Source: Chiloscyllium plagiosum
Taxonomy: Eukaryota
Length of the DNA: 64,000 bases
Assembly (NCBI RefSeq): GCF_004010195.1
Contig: NC_057750.1
Location: forward strand, 11,755,144-11,819,143
Reading direction: 5' to 3'
Made by a program: the position numbers and the translations under genes. Below the pieces are notes generated by a model, which was given only the letters and a program-made list of their open reading frames with translations, did no database searches and was not told the DNA's origin. Positions 15,101 through 27,100 of this stretch are shown here, piece by piece. The stretch's first letter is position 1. Each line of letters starts with the position of its first letter.

Positions 15101-18100
15101 AAGTTTCAAGCCTGTGTCGAATCTGCTTGCAACCGTATGTTTGATGGAGAACCATCTTTCAAACTGCCATTTGTTGCTGTTGAGGCATAAAAGTGGTAAG
15201 ATAATGTTCACTTGGACCTTGTGCCCTAGCACTGCTGTAAGTAGACTCATTTATGTATTAGTTTTGTTTTCCTTTGTGCAAACTATGGTCTTTTTGATTC
15301 AATTTTTTTAAAATTGACTTCTGATAACTCTGTTTAGTATTACATGCTTGGGCAATGCTACTTAATGTAGTTCTGAAAGTGAGACCTTGTGTGTAACAAT
15401 TGTTGATAGTTTATTCATGCTATATGTGATTTGTTATTAGATTTATTCCATTTCTATTCCAGAGCCTTCAAACAAGCGCTCTAGATTGCCTGCCTTGCTT
15501 GGCGATGCTCCGTCTAACTTTGGTGAGTAAGACTGCATGAAAAATATCAGCACTGTCTCCACTTGTATTGTGTCTCCTTCTCTACTTAAATTCAAAATGT
15601 GCATATATCCCATGTTTGGCTTTAGTTTCAGAGACGAAGCCTTAATTTTTAGACTGTCATTTCAATGTTTTCCGTCCTTCACTGGGGAAAGGAATAAATC
15701 TGTTTGCATTGAATAAGATCACAGTATGTAAAGTTCTTGAATTATTTCTTGCCCAACCCAGCAAGTGGGTTTATGAGTGAAGAATGATGTGCTAATTTGT
15801 AGTAGCCAAGGGTGACTGGACTTGCTAATCTCATGGATGGAGTCTTGTATAAATCCTTATCAAGTTTTATATGAATAGCTTGGTTCCACTTAAAATCTTT
15901 TAAACCTGTGCATTATAAAATTCCAGTTTCTCTTCGCAATCTGAAATTCCACAATTGTATTTTCCAGATTATTTGTGTGTCCAAATAGAATTTAAAAATC
16001 AATTTCTGTTATTTTCCGTTTTTGTTCCCTGGGTATTATCTGATCTGATGCTTTGGCAAAACATCTGCAGGAAATCGCTGATGCTGTACAGTGGGCCAGT
16101 TTCAATTTTATGGGTGTGGTGTTGGAGGTGAAAAATACTATCTCATCACAAAGCAGGCCTTGAGTGTGTGGATACTTGATGCATAATGGAAGAAATTGCA
16201 GGGCCATTATTGGAAGAAAGATGATCAAAATCTGACTGATCCATTTTGGACTTCGAATCATATAATCAATACAGTGTGGAAACAGGCCTTTTGGCCCAGC
16301 AAGTCCACACCGACTCTCTGAAGAGTAATCCACCCAGACCCATTCCCCTACCTTATTAGATTAGATTACTTAGTGTGGAAACAGGCTCTTTGGCCCAACA
16401 AGTCCACACCAACCCCCTGAAGAGCAGCCCACCGAGACCCATTCCCCTGCATTTACCCCTTACCTAACACTACGGGCAATTTAGCATGGCCAATTCACCT
16501 AACCTGCACATCTTTGTGATTGTGGGAGGAAACCGGAGCACCCGGAGGAAACCCACGCAGTCACTGGGAGAATGTGCAAACTCCACACAGACAATTGCCT
16601 GAGGCAGAAATTGAACCCGGGTCTCTGGCGCTGTGAGGCAGCAGTGCTAACCACTGTGCCACCGTGCTGCCCATCGTGGCACCGGTAGCAAACCTGAGAT
16701 CACTACTCTTCTCGTCCTGCTCTTCAGCTTATCATATGTTTACCCCTGACTCATGCACCTAACCTACACACCCCTGAACATTATGGGCAATTTAGCATGG
16801 CCAATTCACCTAATCTGCACATCTTTTGGATTGTGGGAGGAAACCAGAGCACCCAGAGGAAAGCCAGTCAGACATGGGGAGAATATGCAGACTCCACACA
16901 GATAGTTGCCCGAGGCTGGAATTGAACACACATTCCTGGCATTGTGAGGCAACAGTGCTAACCACTGAGCCACCGTTAGCATTCAGATGGAAAAAGGCAG
17001 GTTAGTTAGCAAGAGTCAGCATGGATATGAAATGGGGAAATCATTTAACTAGTTGCCTTTTTTTTTTGAAGAATGAACAGGCTTGATGGGGTAATGCTGT
17101 TGAAATGTTATACATGAATTTGCAGAAAGCAGATGATACACTGTCACACAATAGACTTGTGCGGAGCATTATAGGTCATGGTATAAATGAGACTGTAGGA
17201 ACACGGATACAATATTGCCTGAGTACTAGGAAACAGTCATTGTAATGTGCATTTTTTTTGGGCTAGAGGAGGGTTTGTAGTGGACTTCCCCTGAGGTCAC
17301 TATTGGGACCCCGGCTTTTCCTGATAGATATTTATGATCTGGATTTTGATATGCAGAGGACAATTTCAAAGTTTGCAAATGACACAATTGTAAGAATTGT
17401 AAACTCTGAGGAGGACAGTGTAGGACTCTAAAAGGGCATTGACAAGGGTTGGCGAAGTGGGTGGACAGGTGGCAGGTGAGGTTTGATGCAGGGAATTGCG
17501 AGGTGAGCCACATAGGTAGGATGAACATTGACAAACTATATTAAGTAAGAGGGTGTTGGTGCAGAGGAGCCTGGCTGTGTATATATGCACAGATCGTTGA
17601 AGGTGCCAGGACAGGTGGAGAGAACAATTGATAAAACATTGTGTCATTGGCTTTATTAATAGGAGCATAAAGTACTGAGCAAGCAGCTGATGTTGAACTG
17701 TGTAAGACACTCAGCTGGAGTATTGTGTACAGTTGTGGACGCCACATAGAAAAGATACAAATGCAATGAAGAGAGTGCAGAAGCAATTTAGAAGAATATT
17801 TCAATGTTGAGGACTTTTTGAAGATAGATGGAAGAAGTTGGGAGTGTTCTCCTTGGAGAGTGGAAGGCTGAGGGATTTAGTCGAGGTTTTCAAAATCATG
17901 CATGAGCTGGATAGAGTAGATGTGGGTTACCTGTTCCCATTTCATAAAAGGAACAAGAACAACAAGGTGTAGATTTAAAGTGATATGCAAAAGATAGGCC
18001 AATTTACCTAACCTGCACATCTTTGCATTGTGGGAGGAAACCGGAGCACCTGGAGGAAACCCATGCATATTCAGGGAGAATGTCGCAACTCCACACAGAC

Positions 18101-21100
18101 AGTTGTCCGAGGTTGGAATTGAACCCGGGTTCCTGGCACTGTGAGCCAGCAGTGCTAACCACTGAGCCACTTAGTGCTTTAATTTAGCTCTACGCCTGTA
18201 AATTCAAACCAAGACAAATGTAGATGACTTCACTGTCCCCATGAGTGTACTGGCAATTCATGTTTCCAACTTTGAGTATTGGGCAGCATGATGGCTCATT
18301 GGATGGCACTGCTGCCTCACAGTGTTAGGGACCTGGGTCTGGTTTCATCCTAGTGTTCGTGTGGGTTTCCTCTGGGTACTCCTATTCTCTCCCACAGTCC
18401 AAAGATGTGCAGGTTAGGTGGATTGGCCGTGCTAAGTTGCCTCGTGTCCAGGTCTGCGTAAGTTGGGTAAGTTAACCATGTGATCTGCTGGGTTATTGGG
18501 GGTGGATCTGGATGGGATGCTGTTTAGAGGGTTAGTGTGGACTCGTTTGGCTGAATTGCCTGCTTCTACGCTGTAGGGTTTCTATGCTTCTATTTTTGTC
18601 AGTACTACCTGGTAATCCCAGGATGTCTTTTTAAGGGATGAAATAAATATTTTTTGAAAAGTGGATTATCTACTATACTGTATTTTTTTTTCCTTCTGCG
18701 TATGTGCCGAAGAGTTAATGGGTATCTAAATTAGTGTCTGCTGCAGCTTCCCCAGTTAGTGGTTGTCAGGTGGGTCTGTATGCCAGATTTCATGCCATGT
18801 AGTTAGCAAGTTCACCTACACTTGACAATGATACAAAGTTTTGAGAACCTATGAAATTCTCTGTGGAGGCTAAGTCACGAAATATATTTAAGAAAAGTAG
18901 ACTTCCAGAGGCTAAAGGTGTCAGGGAATGTATGATAGAATAAGAGTACAGTATTGAGACAGAACAACAGCCATGATCATGTTGAATGGCAGAGTGGGAT
19001 TTTGGGGCCAAATATCCTCTTCCTGCCCCTTCTGAAAACAGTCCAATGTTTGTGCAATATCAGTCTTTTGTATTGTGATTTTCCTATTTGGATCGCTGTA
19101 ATGCATGCTTGGTGCTGTTAAGTAAAGTAGGAGCTCCTGCTGTAGAGAGTAATATACCAGCATGGATAGAAGATTATCATGCAGAAAACTAGGTTTACAT
19201 TAATGGGTATTTTTCAGATTGGTAAGATGTGTTAAATGGAGTCTGGCAGGAGTCAGTGCTGGGCTCGCAACCTTTTACAATATACAACAATGACTTAGAT
19301 TAGGGGACAAGTTGACATGGTGGCTAAATTTACACATGGCACCAAGGAAAGTATGTTGTGAAGATGATGTGACAAAGGTGCAAGTATATAGATTGAGCAG
19401 ACAGATATGTGCACATAGGGTATAATGTGAGGAAATGTAAAGTTTTTCACTTTAGCAAGAAGAATTAAACAGCAGAGTATTACTTAAACGGAGAATTATT
19501 GCAGAATTCTGAGATGCAGAAAGATCCAAGTATACGAGTGCATGAGTCACAGAAATTTAGTATGCAGTTACAGCAAGAAATTAAGAGGTGAATAGAATGC
19601 AATTCCTTATTATAAGAGAAATTGAACACTAAATAAGGAATTTATGCTTGAATTATACAAGCCATTGGTCAGACCACGTTTCAGAAACTGTGCAGTTTTG
19701 TTCTCCTTATTTCGGGAAATATGTTGTTGATTCAGAGGGAGTTCACCAGATTGCCTGAAATTAGTGGGTTGTCTGTAAGGAAGGATTGGACAGGTTAGAC
19801 TTGTTTTGGTTAGACTTGTTTTCACTGGAATTTAGAAGAAGGGTGGTTTGATTAAAATGTATAAAGTCATGAATTGTCTTGACCAGGTGGATGTTTCCTC
19901 TTGTGAGTGAGTGCAGAAGTTGGAAATGCTGTTTTTAAAATTAGGGGTCGACTTTTTTTGGACACCGATGAGGCTAACTTCTTTTTCTCTTGAGTTTTGA
20001 AATTGAAACTCTCCACTTCAGAAGGTGGGGGAGCGGGGCGGGCGTGGGGTCATTGAATATCTTTGAGACAGATATATAGATTTTTGTTAGGCAGGGAAGT
20101 CTAAGGTTGTTGTGGTAGATGGGAAAGTGGACTTTGGAACACAAATGGATGGCCCACAATCATCATGAATAGTGAAGTAGGCTTGAAGGATCAAATGACT
20201 AACTTCTGCTAATTTTAATGCAAGAGGCTTAACAGGTCAGGCAGATGAACTCAGCATGGGACTGGGATATCATAGAAATTACAGAGATGTGGTTCAGGAA
20301 TGGGCAGGACAGGCAGCTCAATTCAGGGTATAGATGCTATAGGAAGGATAGAAAGCAGGTTAAGAGAAGAGAGGGAGTGGCGATTTTGACGAGAGATAAC
20401 ATTATGGCTGTACTTTGGGAGGGTATTTGAAAGGGATGATCACCTCATTGGGATTGTACTACTAAACCTTCTCTCCCCACCCCCAACAGTCAGTGGGAAA
20501 TTGAGAAACAATTTTGTATCTGTAAGATATCTATAGGAATAATAGGGATCTGATAAGAATAGTAGGGTAGTTACGATAGGGAATTTTAACTTTCAAACAT
20601 AGACTGGGACTGCATGTGATAAGGACTTGGATGGAGGGGACTTTGTGTGTACAAGAAAATTTTCTGCTCCAGTTTGTGGATGTACCTACTAAAGAAGGTG
20701 TATAACTTGACCTACTATTGGGGGAAATAAGGCAGGGGGAGTGACTGAGTTGTCAGTGGGAAGCACTTTGGGGCTAGCAACCATAATTCTATTAGTTTTA
20801 AAATAGTGATAGAAAAGAATAGACCAAATCTAAAAGTTAAAGTTCAAAATTGGAGGGAGGCCAATTTTGACAGCATTAGGTAAGAACTTTCAAAAGTTGA
20901 TTGGGGGCAGGGTGTTTGCAGATAAAGGGACAACTGGAAAATGGGAAGCCTTCAAAAATAAAAATGAGCGTCTAGAGACAGTGTTCCTGTCAGGGAGAAG
21001 GGCAAGATTGGCAGGTGGAAGGAATGCTGGATGACTAGAGACATTGAGGTTTTGGTCAAGAATAAGAAGGAAGCATATGTCAGGTGTAGACATGAGAGAC

Positions 21101-24100
21101 GGAATGAATCCCTAAAAGACTATAAAGGCAGTAGGAGTATACTTAAGAGGGAAATCAGGAAGACAAGAAGGGGAGATGAAATAGCTTTGGCAAATAGGGT
21201 TAAGGAGGATCCAAAGGGATTCCATGAATACATTAAGGGCAAATAGGGAGAGAATATGGCACCTTTAAAGATCAGCAAGGCTGCCTATGTGTGGAGCTGC
21301 AGGAGATGGGGAAGATATTAAACAAGTATTTTGCATTAGTGTTTACTGTGGAGAAGGATCTGGAAGATAGAGAATGTAGGGAAATAAATAACGATATCTT
21401 GAAAAATGTCCATATTACAGAGGAGGTGGTGCTGGACAACTTAAAATGCATAAAGATGGATAAATGCCTGCGATCTGATCAGGTCATAGAGATGTACAAC
21501 ATGGCAACAGGCCCTTTGGTCCAACTCATCCATGCTGACCAGATAGCCTAACCTAATCTAGTCCTGTTTTCTAGCACTTGACCCATATACGTTTAAACCA
21601 TTCCTATTCATAAACTCATCCAGATGCCTTTTAAATGCTATAATTGTGCCAGCCTCCATCACTTCTCCTGGCAGCATATTCCATACACGCAGTGCCCTCT
21701 GCGTGTTGTACCCTAGAACTCTGTGGGAAGCTAGGGAAGTGATTGCTGGGCCCCTTGCTGAGATATTTGTATTATCAATAGCCATAGGTGAGGTGTCAGA
21801 AGACTGGAGGTTGGGTAATGTGGTTCCAGTATTTAAGAAAAGTGTTAAGGAAAAGCCAGGGAACTATAGACTGATGAGCCTGACATCGTGATGGGCAAAT
21901 TGTTGGAGGGAATCCTGAGGGACATGATTGACATATATTTGGGAAGACAAGGACTGATTAGAGATTGTCAACATGACTTTGTTCGTGGCGATATCGTGTC
22001 TCACTGACTTGATTCGAGTTTTTTGAAGAAGTAACAAAGAGGATTGATGAGGGTAGAGTGGTGGATATTATCTGTATGGATTTCAGTAAAGGGTTCGAAA
22101 GGTAGATTGGTTAGCAAGGTTGGATCATATGGAATACAATGAGAACTAACCACTTGGACTGAGAACTGGCTTGAAAATAGAACACAGAGGGTGGTGGTGG
22201 ATGGTTGCTTTTCAGCCTGGAGGCTTGTGACCAGTGTGTGCCCTGTTCACTACCTTTTGTCATTTATATAAATTATTCGGGTGTGAATATAGGTGGTATA
22301 ATTAGTTTGCAGATGGCACCAACATTGGAGGTGTAGTGGACAGCAAAGGTGGTTACCTCAGAGTACAATGGGATCAGGATCAGAAGGGCCAATGGCTGGC
22401 AGATGGAGTTTAATTTAGATAAATGTGAGGTGCTGCATTTTGGAAAGGCAGATCAGGGCAGGACTTGTACACGCAATGGTAAGGTGCATGGGAGTGTTGC
22501 TGAACAAAGAGACCTTGGAGTGCAGGTTCATAGCTCCTTGAAAATGGAGTCACAGGTAGATAGGAAGGCATTTGGTAGGCTTGCCTTTCTTGGTCAGTGC
22601 ATTTTAGTATTGGAATTAGGAGGTCATGTGGTGGATGTATAGGACATTGGTTAGGCCACTTTTAGAATATTGCATGCAATTCTGTCTCCCTGCTCTAGGA
22701 GCGACATTGTGAAACATGAGAGGGTTCAGAAAAGATTTATAAAGATGTTTCCAGGGTTAGAGGGCTTGAGCTATTGGGAGAGACTGAATAGTTTGAGGCT
22801 GTTTTCCCTGCAGCATTGGAGCCTGAGGTGTGACCTTAGAAGTTTATAAAATCATGAGGGCATGGATAGGGTGAATAGACAAGATCTTTTTCCTAGGTTG
22901 GGGAAGCACAAAACCAGAGGTTTTGTGAGAGGGGAAAGATTTAAAAGGGACTTAAGGGGTAACATTTTTCATGGAGTATGGTGCGTGTGTGGATGAACTG
23001 CCAGAGGAAGTGATGGAGGCTGGTACAATTACAACATTTTAAAAGGAACTGGGTAGGTATATGGATAGGAATGGTTTAGTGGGTATGGACTGAGTGCTGG
23101 CAAATGGGACTAGATTAATTTAGGGTATCTGGCCAGCATGGATGAGTTGGACCAAAGGTTCCTTTTCTGTGCTGTATATGTGCATGGTGATAGTACTTGT
23201 GTAATCAGTGCCTGGATTGGGGCTTGAAGCCATGACTACCTGATTAAGGTGCAGATACTGCCACTGACCCATGTTAGTAATCACATGGTTTCAAAACACT
23301 GTACTAAAAAAAAGAGGACCAGGTCAGATTTTGTTTTAAATTTATGCATTTCTTCTGCTTGCTTCTGACCATGCTATCATTCTAATTTGAACAGGTCATG
23401 GCTACCCTCCTTCTACATACCATGGCTATTACGATGATGAGGATGACGATGACTATGCTCCACCACACCATTATGAAGGCAGGGGAATGGGTCCTCCACC
23501 ACTGCCACCTTCAGTGGGAGGTCCTCGTAGGGGTCCACCTTCACGACGATACACAGCTCAATATGGTGGTGCAGCACCACCGCCACCACCACCTCCACAT
23601 GGTGATTATGGTCCTCTGGCTGATAGTCCCGTACTGATTGTTTATGGGCTAGATAGTAAGAGGATGAACCCAGACAGGGTGTTCAATATCTTCTGTCTTT
23701 ATGGCAATGTGCATAAGGTATGTCTTGATCTTTTTATTTTAAAGAGTATGAATTATTGTTGTGGACCCTGCTTTCACTGTTGAGTTGTTTTGAAGCTTTG
23801 AAATTTTGAAGTTGTGCTGCCAATTCTGTTGGATTTCAGTGACGTTTCAATTTGTGTTTGCAGAAGACCGGCATAAATTATGCAATCAGCATATATATTG
23901 ATTCCATGTGTGAACTAGGGAAAATAAGTGATAGCTCTTGAAAGTGGAGTCACAGGTGAATAGAATAGTGAAGAAGGCATTTGGTATACTTTATTTTATT
24001 GGTCAGAGTATTGAGTACAGGAGTAGGGAGGTCATGTTGCAGGTGTACGGGACATTGGTTAGGCCACTGTTGGAATATTGGTGTGCAATTCTGGTCTCCT

Positions 24101-27100
24101 TCCTATCGGAAGGATGTTATAAAACTTGAAAGGGTTCAGAAAAGATTTATAAGAATGTTGCCAGGGTTGGAGGGTTTCAGCTATAGGGAGAGGCTGATCA
24201 GGCTAAGGCTGTTTTTCCTGGAGTGTCGGAGGTTGAGGGGTGACCTTTATAGAGGTTTACAAAATCATGATGGGCTTGGATAGGATAAATAGATAAAGTC
24301 TTTTCCCTGGGGTCGGGGAGTCCAGAACTAGAGGACAGAGGTTTCGGGTGAGAGGCAAAAGATATAAAAGAGACCTAAGGGGCAACTTTTTCACGCAGAG
24401 GGTGGTACATGTATGGAATGAGCTGCCAGAGGAAGTGGTAGGGGCTGGTACAATTGCAACATTTAAGAGGCATTTGGATGGGTATATGAATAGGAAGGGT
24501 TTGGAGGGATATGGGCCGGGTGCTGGCAGGTGGGACTAGATTGGGTTGGGATATCTGGTCGACAATGGACGGGTTGGTCCGAAGGGTCTGTTTCCATGCT
24601 GTGCATCTCTATGACTTTCTGACTCTATGTACTTTTCAAGTGTAGTTATTGTGGAGAATAGTTGGGAAATGTGTTAATCAATTGCACTCAGCAAGATGCT
24701 AAAAACCAAAATGAGCAATGCAACTAAGTTTATTTGCTCAAGTTTATTGATGCCTAAATGTTCAGCACCCTGAAGTGAAAATTGCTGGCAACTTCCAAGT
24801 TGTTTTTCCTCCCCACTTTAAACTGGTTGTAATCAACTATACCAGTGTTCTACCTGTAATGTAGCCTCTGAGCTGCATGGTCATACAGCAAACCAGGATA
24901 TTACTGTGCACTAGTCCTCCCCTTTACGATACTGCATCAACACAGCAGTGTGGTGATATTTAATCGTGCTATGCACTTACTGGATAGGCAACGTACAACA
25001 GCCAAAATAAAGGGATGCTGACCACTCAGGTTTTTGTATAAATCTCTCTGTAGGTCAAATTCTTAAAAAGCAAAACTGGGGCTGCCATGGTGGAGATGAC
25101 CGATGGATTTTCAGTAGACCGAGCCCTAACATGCCTGAACACTGAAAACTTTCTGTTTGACCAGCATATAAACGTATGGTAAGAAAACTGTGCTATCGGT
25201 GATCTTGGACCGTGTAACTTTAGCTGATGTTTGTGACTATGTTGCTGAGATGTGTTTTCCCACCTCCCCACAGTGTGTCGAAACAGAAGGTAATAGTTCC
25301 AGGCCAGTCATTTGAGTTAGAAGATGGCTCTTGTAGTTTCAAGGATTACTCAACCAACCGAAACAACCGGTTCACAAACCTGAAGCAAGCTGCCAAAAAT
25401 CGAATCCAGAAACCTAACAACATGCTACATTTCTTTAGTGCTCCTCCAGGTGTTACAGAAGAAATATTCCATCAGGTTTGTATTTAATTTATATTTTTTT
25501 GAGCTCTCTCTTCTTCTGTGATGGAAGCAGGTACACAGAGTGATATCTTGTTCTCACATCTGCTGAAACCACGCAGCACATGATTGTAAAAATGAACTGA
25601 ACTATTGCTGTACCTCCAAAGGTTTAAGACCATAAAAAATAGAAGCTGAGTCGACCATTGAGTCGACTGAACCTGCTCTGTTTTTCAATAAGATCTTGAC
25701 TGATCTTTAAATTAACTCCCCTTCCAGTCCCAGGAATATAGGATAAGGAGTTGGCCCTTCTGCACCTTGAACTTGATTCACCATTTAGTGTCATACCTGA
25801 TCAGCTATCTCAATGCCATTTCCTGTGCTGATCCCATATCCTTTGATGTCAATGGTATCTAAAAATGGTTTGATTTCTATCTTGAACATATTCAGTGACA
25901 TGAACTTCTTTAACCCTCTGGGGTGAAGAAGTGAAAATTCCAAAGCTTTGGAACCCTCCGAGTGAAGACATTTCTCCTTATCTCAATCCTAAGTAGGTTG
26001 TCCCTTATTCTGAGACTCTGTCTGCTGGCTATAGATCTCCCAAGTCAGGAAAAACATTGTTTCAAAATCTATCCTGTCTTCAATGAGGTCACGTTGTCTT
26101 TTCAACTCTAGAGAATGCACTGTCATCTCTGTACTACCTGATTACCTTGATGTCCAACAATCTATTGATCTCAGTCTTCAGCTTTAATGATTGAGCATTC
26201 ACAACCCTCATAAATATTCATAACTCGTTTCCCTACTGGTGTGCTTCATATATTGGTGATAATAACTATTTTATCTTTAAGAATGATTTTTCGGTGTTAT
26301 CATGATCTGATTCCATGTTTAAAGCCGGAGTGACAGATTTTTTCACTTAAGTTAAACAACAAAATTGTCTTTAGATCCAAGACTTTGGTATAACTCTTCA
26401 CATAGGAAGATAGGCCCCAAGTGCATTTTAATTCCTTTGATTCTCTGAAGATTTCTTTTGAGTGGTGCTCAGTGTGCAGACAAGCAGTAGATGGATTTCA
26501 GCAGATTTTCTGGCCTTGTTTCACTTGATGCTGAGATTTCATGAAATCACATTATAAACTGATATTCTCATGACCACTGAGTCTTTATGTGCTTTTCAAT
26601 TTACAATTTGATAACTTTGGTTATCACTTTTGAAATCCATAACTGTTATAGATCAACCTTTTCTTTCTTCTCATGCATCCTAAAATGAGAGTGGGTTTCA
26701 GGACAATGGTTGAACTAAAAGGGTGGCTAGTATTTAGCAAGTGGTGACTACTAAATAGATGAGGATGCTAAACTGTGAATTTATTTTTGCTCTGCATTTA
26801 ATTGCTCGATATATCTTGACAACTTTATCTGGGCAGAGATCAGGCTGGTTAATCTTCACTTTATTTCCAGATATCTGACAAAGCTAACGTGAAGAGGCCT
26901 AAAAGTATTATATTTTTCAGTGGAAAAAGTAAGTGACACTTTGCAACTTGGGTTAATTTTACAGTTCTGTTGTCATTCTGATTCCAAAATGTGAGGGATA
27001 ATGGGTGTGTGCAATTTTCACAATATTTCGAATTCTAATATGTGGAACATTTTAAATATTACCATCCCAAATTCTGCTGTAATTTGTCTATTCTACGAGT

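Noticed and set aside
19793..19822. Direct repeat GGTTAGACTTGTTTT x2
   Set aside because: Local slippage duplication in an old LINE; no array or spacer structure.
23413..23598. Minus-strand ORF here and at 56737-56997, plus alternate-frame ORF 23398-23637
   Set aside because: Shadows of the low-complexity Pro-rich exon 8.
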